Assembly: GCA_017654855.1 (NCBI GenBank)
Contig: CM030332.1
Span: 2,976,001-3,040,000, forward strand
DNA: 64,000 nt
Origin: Podospora anserina
Taxonomy: Eukaryota
Direction: 5' to 3'
Part shown: positions 49,499-61,254 of the stretch, in pieces
Position numbering within the stretch: the stretch's first letter is position 1
Layout of the letters: the number at the start of each line of letters is the position of its first letter
Program-made: the position numbers and the translations under genes
The notes under the pieces: generated by a model
Told to the model about the DNA's origin: nothing
The model's input: the letters and a program-made list of their open reading frames with translations, nothing else
Databases searched by the model: none

Positions 49499-51177
49499 TC
49501 ACATCATAGTCCTAACCCTCATCGGACTAACAACCCTCACCGCAGGATCAAAGCAAGCCTGCTTCAACAATTGGTATTCCTGCCCCTGAATATTCCATGG
49601 CAAGCCCAACGGTTGATCCATCACCGCCATCCGTGATCCAATCTCCTGCCCCTTCCCCTCACCAAATTGCCCCTCCGCCTCACTCCCAACACTAGGACTA
49701 TTCTCCTTACTACTACTGACCTTCTTCCCCCCATGGTGACAATCCGTCAACCTCGAACCCCCATACCTTCTCTTGACATCCTGATACTTTTCCATAGGAA
49801 AAACCTCTCCTTCCACCTCGGTAATCAGCGGTACAGAGAAATCTATTTGCCCCAAAAAATGTCAGCTCTTTTCACCTCAAGGCGCAGAAAAAAACTTACC
49901 ACCACCCAAATAACTCTCGACCTTGTACCCCGCCACCCCAGCCGCCATCCTCCTCCCGTTTTTCCCTCCCCCTCTCTTTATCACAAAACTCGCCCCCTTT
50001 TCGCTTTTGTCATCACCCCCATCCCAATCAACAAAAAGTTTTGGCCTCCCCCCAAAAAATTCCACCTCCCACTCCGCCCCAGGATCATATCTTGTCACGA
50101 GCCTCATGAAATCAGCGTCTGTGACTTTATCTCTCAGCTCCCCCTCCTGGGCGTGATCGCGGAGGTAGTTGACAAAGAGGTGGCACAGGTGATGCGTCAC
50201 CATTGCTGCAATATGGAAAGCTAATCTTCTGAAGCGGGCTGTTTGGGCTTCGGAGGCGTCAAACCGTTTGTGGCGCCTGGATATGTCTGACTTGAGGCGG
50301 GAGTGGTAGAGTTTGGTGACGAGGTGGGTGTTGAGGTGGAGGATGGCGGCGCTTTTGGGGTTGAATCTCGAGGAGAAGGAAGGGGGGAGGTGGAAGAGAG
50401 AAGTGGTGGAGGGGCAGGCGAGGAAGCCGTTGCGTTTTGGGTCGAGTTTGATCAGGGGGAGGTTGTGGCGGACGGTGTAGAGGAAGTCGTCTACCGCGGA
50501 GGGGGTGTTGATTTTTTTGGGGAGGGGGGGTTCATGGTTGGAGATGGGGCGTTCGCGCCAGACAAGGAGGGATTTCTGGGCGAGGTTGGAGAGGGCTGGA
50601 TAAAGGTTAGTGATAGGGAATAAGGGGGAGGAGGGAGGGTGGACTGACCTTGGCGTCCTCGGGGGCTTTCGAGCATTCGGATGCCGAGGTCGACGACGGA
50701 GGAGACTACCCAGGCTCGGCCGCCGGAGGGTTCGAGGGGGATGGTGGTGCCGTTGTCGAGGAGCTCTGAGATGCACACGCCGTAGAGGCCGCCGGTTTCT
50801 CTTGGAAGGAGTTGAGGGCGGAGTTTACCTTGCTCTATGGGCTGGGGAGAGGATGTCCATGTTGTTGAAGGGATGGAGGTGGAAAAGGCGCGGCCGATCT
50901 CCTTGCTGTCTAGCTCTACCGCGTGGGTAGGGTAGGCTGGGTAAGCTGGAAGAGATTGGTGATGCTTGTGTTGCGGTACCGGGCGTCGTTGAGGAGGCTG
51001 CTCAAAAGAGACAACACTCGGCTTGCCGATGATGCTATGCCCAGCCGAACGTTTACCTGTAGCTGGCTGGGCAAACGAAACGCTGGGTCCGGCAGTGGTA
51101 CTGCGCTTTACCAGGCGTGAAGGAGGCTGCTCAAACGTTACGCTGGCACTCGCACTGGCACTGCGCGAGGGTGCCAT
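49499..51177 (-). CDS. Hypothetical protein with degenerate HExxH-like motif
   Basis: Three exons (introns ~50596-50648 and ~49847-49899) join ORFs 50491-51306, 49877-50776 and 49499-49855. Contains VTHHLCHLFVNYL and PGAEWEVEFFGG. Confidence 0.7.
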
Positions 51178-52444
51178 CGCCACCGGTGATTCAGGGGGTA
51201 AACTGAGAAGGGGGTAAGCTAGGGACAGCTTTTGTGACAAAGCTCCTGATTCAGTGCTCGGTGAATGTAAACAAACTGCATAAAAAGTTGAAACAAACAA
51301 AAACAATGCAAGAGTTTCTTTGTCAAAGCTTTACGGTTCTCAGAAAAAGGTTTTAGACACAATCCATGCTTGTCGGCTTCATCCTTGTTTGACGAGACCA
51401 AAACCGAGGCATGGGATGCCCATGCCCGCGTTGGGGGGACGATGTGTTGATATAGGCTTGGATCTACTGACCACCTACACAGCCATATTTGGCAGCTCTA
51501 GATGTCCGCAGTCAACCTACAATAATGTGAATCATATATGGAACAGGCCAATTCTGGAGAGCCGGGCCTGCCTGTCCCGACTGGCCTGATGACCAAGTCA
51601 TCATCAAGTCAGTGGAGAACTGTCTGTTTCTGGGTCCGAGAGAGGTCGTTGTTCATGATAAGGAAAGAGCGTGATCTATAGATCGCTAGCGACATGAATA
51701 TTTTCCGTGGGGGACCATGAGGGCCAACTGAGTTGGTGTGAATGATACCGACCAGGCAGCCAGCCTGGATCAATAACCCGAATGCAGCGTGCGTAACCGC
51801 CGGGAATGATAGAAGAAAGTGCGACGAGAACGAGGTCTGTAGATGAGCGACTCATGATCCGGGAGAGCAGTTGCATTTGTGTGATGCGGTCTCGGCCAGT
51901 TGTGTGGGTGGCCCAGCAGCATAAGCTGGTGTTTCGGGTCAACGGGTCGATACTCGGCCATGGGTTTCCATGGCCAGAGACAATAGCCCTTGTTCGCCGT
52001 GCCACTCATCTCTGAATTGAAAGATTCAAGAGAGCCTTTGGAGGTTTGAAGATGATCTGAGCCAAGAATCCAAGAATCCAAGATGTGTGAAGTTGAAAGA
52101 GATACGTAATAGTGGGAAGGGTTAGGGTTAAATGAGGTAGTTGGCATCCCTGCAGCTGCTCCCGCTGTCGCAGTTGCCGATCTGCCACACCGTTCAGAGT
52201 GCCACTGGCATGCGCGTTCCAGCTTCATCTCTCAAAGGACATTTTCCCAATTCGCGCCTGAATAAGCAGCCAATCACAGCATGGTGCCATTGTCTGCTAT
52301 ACAAAGATTACACTGAATTCCTCGTGCCTGAGAGCACTGTAAGCATCGACTTTTTGTTGTGTGCCCTTTCGGGAACGCCTCGTGGCACCTTGTTGCAGTA
52401 CCTAGGTACCTTGCTGGCCGTTGCTGTCGCTGTCGCTGGTCACA

Positions 52445-55281
52445 ATGGCTCCCGCTCCCGGCATGGCACCCTACTCCGATGAGCCGACCGGTCCCTTCCA
52501 CAGACCAGAACACAACGACGAGAGCACAGGCAGGATGTCGCACGAATCTGAGTCCTCGGTGTCTACCACGAGTATCGTCTTCGATCGGATCGAGGAGCGC
52601 CTCGCTGCCAAGGAGGGCCACTTCGAGCTCGACGACCACGACCCCATGAAGGAGGCCGACGACGACGACAATGACCTCGAGACTGGTCGCTTCCTCGGTG
52701 GGAGATCCAGCACCCAAGAGGAAGATTTCCCAGCCAAAAACGATGGCATGAACCGGGGGATGCGCAGGACGCTGATCATCGTGGCCGGGCTCTTGATCTC
52801 GGCGTGGGTTGTCGGTCTCTTCTTTTACGTTTCCCACAAGTCCTATAAGCCCGCCTCCCAGATCGAACACGACCCTCAGGCGACTGTCGTGCAAGGGACT
52901 GGGAAGCAAGTGACGCTCGATCAGGTTATGGGCAGCTACTGGCGTGCTGAAAGTCACTCCATAAGCTGGATCGAAAGCCCGGACGGTGAAGATGGGCTAT
53001 TGCTTCTGAAGGACGGCCCCGGAAAGGACTTTCTCGTTGTTGAGGATGTACGGACCCAGAACAGCGCTGGCGTGAATGCCGCTGTGGACGTTGCGAGCAG
53101 CAGAACGTTAATCAAGGAAAGGCACTTTGACTTTGGCGGCCAGACGCACACTCCTGGAAGGGTATGGCCAAGCAAGGACCTCAAGAAGGTGTTGATTGCA
53201 ACAAATCTGGAGGCCAACTGGCGCCACTCGTTCTATGCCTCCTACTGGGTCTTCGATGTCGACATGCAAATAGCAGAGCCCCTTATTCCTGGCGAGCCAA
53301 ACGTCCGCGTTCAGCTTGCCCAGTGGAGCCCTACCAGCGATGCTATTGCCTATGTCAGAGACAACAACTTGTTCCTGCGCAGCCTCAAGCACGACAAGGT
53401 TGTCCAGATCACCAAGGATGGCGGTGCTGAGGTGTTCAACGGTGTTCCTGACTGGGTATACGAAGAGGAAGTCTTCTCGGGCAACAGCGCTACCTGGTGG
53501 TCCGAGGATGGCAACTACATCGCCTACTTGCGCACCAACGAGACGGGCGTCCCTGAGTATCCTGTTCAGTACTTCCTCTCCAGGCCCAGCGGCACGGAAC
53601 CGGCACCCGGCGAAGAGTCGTACCCCGAGGTCAGGCAGATCAAGTATCCCAAGGCTGGTGCTCACAACCCCGTCGTCAACCTCAAGTTCTACGACGTGGC
53701 CCGCGATGAGAGTTTCACAGTGGAAATCTCTGGCCGGTTCGCGGATGATGATCGCCTCATCACAGAGGTGGTCTGGGCTGGTGGCCAAGTTATCGTCAAG
53801 GAAACAAACAGAGTCAGCGACGTCCTCAGGGTCGTCCTTGTTGACGTCGCTGCGCGCACTGGCAAAGCAGTTCGCGAGCTGGACGTCAAGGCCATCGATG
53901 GTGGCTGGTTCGAGATTACGCACAAGACCAAGTACATTCCAGCTGACCCTTCCAAGGGGCGTGAGCAGGACGGTTACATCGACATGGTGATCCACGATGA
54001 CAACGATCACCTCGCCTACTTCACGCCATTGAACAACTCGGAACCAATCATGTTGACTTCTGGACATTGGGAAGTTGTCGACGCCCCCTCCACCGTTGAT
54101 TTGGATAACAACATTGTCTATTTTGTCGCAACCAAGGAATCTTCTATCCAGCGCCATGTCTACCAGGTCGATCTGTCGGGCAACAACCTGAAAGCGGTGA
54201 CCGACACGGGCAGTGAAGGCTATTACGACATTTCGTTTTCGGCCGGGACAGGGTATGCCCTTCTATCTTACAGAGGTCCCAACATTCCCTGGCAAAAGGT
54301 TATCAGCACTCCAGCAAACGCACACAAATACGAGCACATGGTGGAGGAGAACAAGGAACTGGCAAAGAGTGCCAGGGAATACGAGCTCCCTATCAAGATC
54401 TACGGCACCATCAAGGTTGACGGTGTTGAACTCAACTATGTTGAGCGTCGCCCACCACACTTTGACAAGAACAAGAAGTATCCAGTTCTGTTCCAGCAAT
54501 ACAGCGGCCCTGGGTCTCAGAGCGTTAACAAACGGTTTACTGTCGACTACCAATCCTATGTCGCCGCCGGCTTAGGTTATGTGTGCGTAACTGTTGATGG
54601 CCGCGGAACTGGTTTCATTGGACGCAAGAACCGTGTAATCATCCGCGGGGACCTTGGAAAGTGGGAAGCCCATGATCAGATCGCTGCTGCCAAGATCTGG
54701 GCGTCGAAGAGCTATGTTGACGAGGAAAGACTGGCCATTTGGGGCTGGAGTTTCGGTGGATTCAACACCCTCAAGACTCTCGAGCAGGATGGTGGACGGA
54801 CCTTCAAGTACGGCATGGCCGTTGCCCCAGTCACCGACTGGAGATTCTACGACAGCATCTACACCGAAAGATACATGCTTACGCCTCAGACCAACGGGCA
54901 TGGTTACGATACAAGCGCCATCAACAACGTCACGGCTCTGAAGCAGAGCGTCCGTTTTCTCATGATGCACGGTGTTGCGGATGACAATGTGCACATGCAG
55001 AACTCCCTGACGCTACTCGACAAGCTAAATATGGTTGGCGTTGAGAATTATGATGTTCACGTCTTCCCAGACAGTGACCACGGGATTTATTTCCATAACG
55101 CCAACCGGATTGTTTACGACAGTAGGTTCTCTTTTTCGACAGCGCATACTGCTCAACACTAACAACCGCCACAGAGTTGACCAACTGGCTCATCAATGCC
55201 TTCAACGGAGAATGGATCAAGGTTGCCAATGCAAAGCCTCAAAAGAAGAGGAGCATACAGCCTATTCTTCCAATTCTATAG
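52445..55281 (+). CDS. dapB: Dipeptidyl aminopeptidase B / DPP IV family (S9B; Dap2/Ste13-like), type II membrane protein
   Basis: Single N-terminal [13 protein letters not shown], catalytic GWSFGG, DDNVH, DSDH. Intron 55122-55174. Confidence 0.95.
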
Positions 55282-55430
55282 GAATTTGAGACGGGGTTCA
55301 GCAAACACGGCGTTACTGGGCATTGATCGGCGTTTTGGTACATGACTATTCTTTAACGTTACAATATGAGGCATCATGAATAGAAACAGATTAACTCCTT
55401 CCTCTCCACCGCCAATCTCCTAGTTGGAAC

Positions 55431-55937
55431 TCAAGATGTCCGAATCAGTTGCGGATGGGTCTCGACGCTCTGGTCGATCTTCTCGATAACCGCAGCAGTT
55501 CCATACGCGCACACTTGGGCAAACCCGCCCATGTCACCGGCATCGAATCTGAGGGCGATGACGGCGTTGCCGCCTCTGCTTTGGGTCTCGGCTACGATGC
55601 GGGAGATGGCGTCGTTTCTGGCCGAGTAGAGCTGTTTCCGTGTCAGTTACCTGGTGTATTCAGATGTTGGTGAGGGAAAAAAATGCCGTACCAGGTTGGT
55701 AAACCACTTGAGCTCACCACCCACAACGCTCTTCAGCACCATCGACATGCCTGCCGCCCAGTTCCGAGAACGGACAGTAATGCCGTAAATTGCGCCTAGG
55801 ACTTTGACGACACGGTAGCCGGGGACGTCGAACATGGTTGTTGTGATGACGCCGTTGGTTTCGGTGAAGCAGTGGAGGTCCTGGATGGAGGCAGGAATGT
55901 CTGCTTGTTGGTTTTGGGGTTTGGTGGAGGAGGACAT
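55431..55937 (-). CDS. UPF0145/YbjQ family protein
   Basis: ITTTMFDVPGYRVVKVLGAIYGITVRSRN...LKSVVGGEL / ARNDAISRIVAETQSRGGNAVIALRFD...VCAYGTAA; one intron. Confidence 0.88.
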
Positions 55938-57076
55938 CTTGGTGTTAGAGTTTGGCTGGAACTCGAAATATGGACTCAGATTGTTCTATTGTCTCGGGAC
56001 GGTTGAATGATAGCTACCTATAGCAAAGAAACATGGACATAGACTCGTTATATGCACTTTTGAGCTCTGCCAAAAAGAAGCTGCCACGGGAACAACTGGC
56101 AGACTCCCGTCTCCTGCCTGCCCGAGATGTCATCGCCATGGCAAGGCTTTGGGCCTCTTTCAAGCCAATGAATATACCGCACGTCCTCATAACCTGGAGG
56201 TATGCTAGGACGAAGTTGGCCGTATTTCGTATCCAGCCACGCCAGCTTCACTTACACCAGAGCACAGCCCCACTTACCCCAGGCCAAGACGGACTTGTCA
56301 GGGGGGGTAATGGCAGGGCTGAGAGGGGATCAGCAGTTGGGCAGACAGCAGGCTGGATGAAGTCGGGTAAGCCGACTGCTTTCTCGGACAGTATTCAGAC
56401 CTTAAGCCATCTTACTTGTCATGGGAGAACATCGCATTGCGGGAGATATCGGAAGTGTGTCAAAGATGGACAAAAGAAGGGTTAGGGTAATCCGCCAAGC
56501 AAAAAGCCCAGAACGATCAAGCATTGCCAAGAGATCCGAAAGCACTCCACGAACCACCATCACTATCAGTCAATGATACCCAACTGCTGTCTGGCGCATC
56601 TGTCAAAAAACAGATCATAGTCCCTACACTTTGCGAACAAAGTGCACCGAGAGATGAAGTCTGAACCAGAAATAGAAAAAAGGGAACAAATATCGCGCGG
56701 CAGGAGATGGGTAACACTTTTCACCGGGGAGATTCCCCACCTCGTTTAATCTGGAATCACGGAACGTCCTTTCCAGGAAAACTGGTCTGGGGGGAGGACG
56801 ACGTTCCGTGATCACCAGGGGCCGGCTCCCTACTGTAGGAACAGGCGGTTGGCGATGCCGGCTCGCTAATCTTCAATTTATCATTCAGCCGCAAGAGGGG
56901 AGACAGAATGAGAATGGTCTCATTCCGAGGCATGGATGTGATCTGGGTTGATCGTCCCGGAGGTGAATGATATGGATATATAAACCATTCTCACCTCCAT
57001 CCATCTTACATTTCCGGATTTCAGGAGAAGTCACTTGATTACCCCCATCCTTGACTCCCTGTATAAGCCACCCAAA

Positions 57077-58078
57077 ATGCACCCCTCCCTCCTCCTCGGC
57101 CTCCTGGCCGGCACCGCCCTCGCCGGCACCATCCGCCGCCCCGGCCGTCCCCGTCCCCAAGCCCCCACAGCCGAAACCCTCTGCCCCATCGTCTTCGACG
57201 GCCGGCCCGACTCCTCCCTCGAACCCCTCGACTTTGACGACTGGAACACCTCCCCCTTCAACCCCGACTACGTCAAAGGCGCCGGCCTCCCCTGGTCTTC
57301 CATCCTCCAGTTCCCCGACATCTCCCCCCCGGCCCGGTTCGACGACCCGACCTACCAGAAGCCCTTCGAGGTCACCATCAACGACTCGTCCATCTTCAAC
57401 AACCAGCGGGGCTTCCGCCGCGCCGGCCTGCAGTTCCAGGGGGACACCAACCGAGACTCCCCCGGCTCGTCGGGCATCAAGACGATCCACTTCTCCCTCA
57501 AGTGGGACGCCCAGCGGCCCCTGAACCTGAGCCACGAGTACCTCAACGTGTGGCACGAGACGGCCGACTACAGCGCGAACCAGTTTAACTTTCAGGCCGG
57601 CGCCATACTCGGGCAGAACAGTCTGGCGAGGGACACGTGGAAGGTGCTCAACAGGCAGAACAGGCAGGTCTGGAGCACGCCGATCCTGAGGAACGAGTGG
57701 CAGAACTTTGCCATCTCGTTGGACTTTGTCAGAAAGTTTGTTTACCTTATTCCCACACGCCCTATCCCGGTTATCATGACAAGGCAAAAACAAAAAAAAC
57801 AAAAAAAAAAAAGGTGTGAAATGGTTTAAACTGACATGAAAAATAACAGCACCCTCCGTGTATACTACAGCAGAGGCTCCGAACCCCTCCGCAGCGTGAC
57901 CAACGCCCTGACCAACAACAACGCCGGCGAGGGCCAATACCAAGTCGGCATCCTCCGCAAGCCCACCGGCACCAGCGACGTCGTCAACTCTGGCTACCAC
58001 CAGCGCAACCTCAACGAAGGTCTCATCTACGGCAGCGTCTTTGTCGAAGACGGCGAAGGCGGCTGCGTCTCTCTTTAA
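57077..58078 (+). CDS. Secreted glycoside hydrolase family 131 protein
   Basis: Signal peptide; IVFDGR, PFEVTINDSSIF, GFRRAGL, LNLSHEY, WHETADYSANQFNF, WQNFA, YQVGILRKP. Intron ~57736-57849; no CBM1. Confidence 0.85.
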
Positions 58079-58217
58079 TCCCCACCTCAAAAATGTACAT
58101 AAACCATTATCAACATTACATAAAACATATGAATTCACACCGTTCATAACTCCCCATCTTTTTTTTAAAGCCAGTTCACCATCTCAATTTCACCCAAGGT
58201 AGGTACCTAATCTATCC

Positions 58218-58899
58218 TCAAGCATCGTCCCCGTCCCCATCCCCGGGAATAAACCCCCTCCCCCCACTAACCCTCCTCCCCTTGACGCTGAAATTCCCCG
58301 GGCCTTGGTAGATCTGCCTGGGGTAGCTCTCGCCAACCATGGGCATGTCCTCCCTGCTCAGCAGCGCCCGTCCCTCCATCCTCGTCTCGTTGCTGATGAC
58401 GCGGTAGAGCAGGAGCTCGGCGTTGAGGGGGGTCTTGACGGTCTTGTTCGGGAAGGTCTCCTGCTCGACGTTGAAGTCGAGGGACCAAAAGACGTCTTGC
58501 GGGGTGGGGGGGGAGTCGGTGTTGCGGTTGCACCAGAGTGGGTGGACCTCGCCGATTGTTTCGGTGAGGGAGGTGCCGATTGTGTGGCAGTAGGTTGTTA
58601 GGGGGGTGGATTCGAAGGGGGTGTTGGGGGGGAAGGTTATGTTGAAGTTCACGCTGGTGAAAGGTTAGTATTGAAGGTATGGGACGGGGGGAAAGATATG
58701 TCGACAGAGTAGGAATGGGAGGAGGAAGATAGACGTACTAGAAGCGGTGGGAGAGGATCACGGCGCCGGCTCGGAAGTTTGTGATTTGGATGTCGGGGAT
58801 GGGGTCGATGCGGACGGGTTGAGGGGGAGGGCGGCCGTCGTTGTTTTGGGGGGCTCTGCCTGCCAGGAGGGCACCGAGGAGGGCGGTTGGGAGACGCAT
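58218..58899 (-). CDS. Small secreted hypothetical protein (possibly Alt a 1-like fold)
   Basis: MRLPTALLGALLAG signal-like start; IQITNFRAGAVILSHRFY / VNFNITFP...TYCHT...WC; one intron ~58654-58738. Confidence 0.65.
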
Positions 58900-60726
58900 T
58901 GTTGGTGGTCTTGAGTCTCCGTATCGGTGACAGTTGCCTGGCTAAAAGTCTTTGTTGGTTGGAGGGTACAATTCTCTCTTGTGCTGGGGAATAATTTATA
59001 GGCGAGAAATGTATAGATTGCTCTATCTGCTCCGCCCGCAAGCCTGACAACAAAAGGTCACGAGAGTTGTCTCCGACAATTCACTGCTTCGTCTGGAGTC
59101 CTCCGCCATCTTGGATGCTCCAGATAAAGGGGAGGAAGTTGCTCTGAGCCATTGCTCATCCCGTCAGTTGCCGCCGGTCTAGAGAGAGCAAGAAGAATTG
59201 AAGCCTCCTGACGTCACGCAACGCTATCTTTGCTCCTGATCACAGCCGCGGTACCCATTTATTGGAAAGCGTGATACACAATGGTTTTGACTGTAATCTC
59301 CGTTATGCTCTTGTTGACAGCGGCTCAGGGGTTCAGATGAGAGCCACGAGAGGGTTTGATATGGGGCTGAGTCTATCGCACGGAGGATATGATGAGGTTG
59401 CTCCGGGAGCATCTCTTATCAATATTTTACTTATTTTGGGAGCTTGAGACTATCTACCCGTCTACCTTCAGCTGATGAGGCCCTACACATATGAATATCG
59501 AGGTGAATGTCAGAGGGGCAATGAGCGGTGTACCGTCACACACCGAGACCTTCCCGGATCCGAGAATAACCACGTCTCTTCACCTCAGTGAATCCCAAAA
59601 AGGAAGTTTTCATTTGTTCAAGTATATAACCACCGCTATTACCGCCAATATTGGCATGACTGTCCAATTGGGTAATAGTTGGGCGGTGAGATAGTGAGGG
59701 GGTGTCCGAGAAGGTAAGTGGAATGTCGTGGACCTGATGGAGGGGCTGGAGGGGAGATGGAGGGGAAACTTGGGCAGAAATCTCGATTTGATGCCGTGTT
59801 CATGCCTACATGTGCGATGGGAAAGACTGAGTGGTCCAGCGGACGTCTGAGAGCTGCAGTAGCCCAGAGACAGAGAGGGGTGAATGCTGCCCCACCGCCA
59901 ACTCAGCAGGAGCTTTGCTTCCAGCCCTCAAACCATGCCCGGTGGCCCGGGTACACCAAGTTTTGAAATCGGGTAGAAAACCTGCTTTTTCCCAGCCGTT
60001 GGGTTTTTGCATTTTCCTTTTCCTTTTCCTTCTCCAAACCCTTCAAGCCAGGCGGTCTATCAACTGTCTGCTTTGGATTGAAGGAGTAAACCCTTTCCGC
60101 GGCATCGTCGCCGAGTGGAAGTCCCCCACCAACGCTGGTCCGATTCGGCCCCGGCCACGGCTCCAATTAGCGGGCAGTGACCAGGGGTGCCGTTTCGTTT
60201 CCAGGCTCATTTCGGAAGGGCCGTCACCCAGCCCAGCGTCCACTATTGCCGATTTGACCCCCCCTTGGAAACGACGAGACGATAAGAAGGAGAAAAAAAG
60301 ATCTGACGACGACGACTTTGCAATTCGCAACACCATCACAACCTCCTTTACGAAGCATCGAGACGCTGTTGCCTTTGGCATTACGTGTTGACCGGTTCAG
60401 CCGTTCTTTCGGAGCTACCAAAGGTACGTAAGACGCCCATTGTCATTACCTACCAAATTTCCAAAGGGACCCCACAGCAGCAGAGGGATTGGATTCGCGC
60501 CCCCTTTCCACCGCCTGGGGCGTTCCCAGTTGTAGCGGCCCAACTTAGGTACTTATTGTATTTTTCAGCGATTAACTTTTATCGCGTTCTTGCCAGATCT
60601 CTCCAATCCCGCACCTCAGCCTGCAGCCTAGCAGCCGTCGTCAAGACACCACGCCTGCTGGTCGCATCTAATTTCTTCGCCTCCTCCCCTCTTCGCCGTG
60701 CTTGCAAAGCCACCAACACCGACAGC

Positions 60727-61254
60727 ATGTCCATCCAGGTTCCCATCGACCTGCTCACATCGCGCTTCAGCATGGGGGAGCGCTTCAGCAGCCTGCGCGC
60801 CAACACCATTGGCAACCGCTTTGCCAACCTCAAGCCCCTCTCCGAGTTCCTCGACATCAAGCGTGTGAACAAGCCCGAGAACTTTGTCGAGATGCAATCG
60901 CGTGTCAACTACAACCTCGGCCACTTCTCGAGCAACTATGCCATCGTCTTCCTGATGCTCTGCGTCTACGGCCTCCTCACCAAGCCCTTGGTCTTGTTCG
61001 ACATCATCTTTGTCACCGTGGGCATGTTCATCATTGGCAAGCTCGACGGTCAAGATCTCGAGTTTGGTACCCAGCGCTTCTCGACAATGCAACTTTATAC
61101 CGGCCTTTGGGTCATTGCGATCCCAATCGCCCTGATTTCCGGCGTCTTCGGCCTCATGATGTGGTTGATTGGCGCCAGTGGTGTGGTCATTCTTGGCCAC
61201 GCCGCACTTTTGGACAAGCCTATCGATGAGGCTTTTTCCGGGGAGGTGGTCTAG
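60727..61254 (+). CDS. YIP3: PRA1-family Rab-GDI displacement factor Yip3 (short form, 175 aa)
   Basis: LKPLSEFLD...RVNYNLGHFSSNY, hydrophobic hairpins, WLIGASGVVILGHAA...DEAFSGEVV*. Confidence 0.93.
   Translation: MSIQVPIDLLTSRFSMGERFSSLRANTIGNRFANLKPLSEFLDIKRVNKPENFVEMQSRVNYNLGHFSSNYAIVFLMLCVYGLLTKPLVLFDIIFVTVGMFIIGKLDGQDLEFGTQRFSTMQLYTGLWVIAIPIALISGVFGLMMWLIGASGVVILGHAALLDKPIDEAFSGEVV

Noticed and set aside
60385-60726. N-terminal extension of YIP3 in the ORF track (289 aa from TTG)
   Set aside because: Non-ATG start and non-coding composition, with a possible 5'UTR intron donor at 60424. The family-like sequence starts at ATG 60727.
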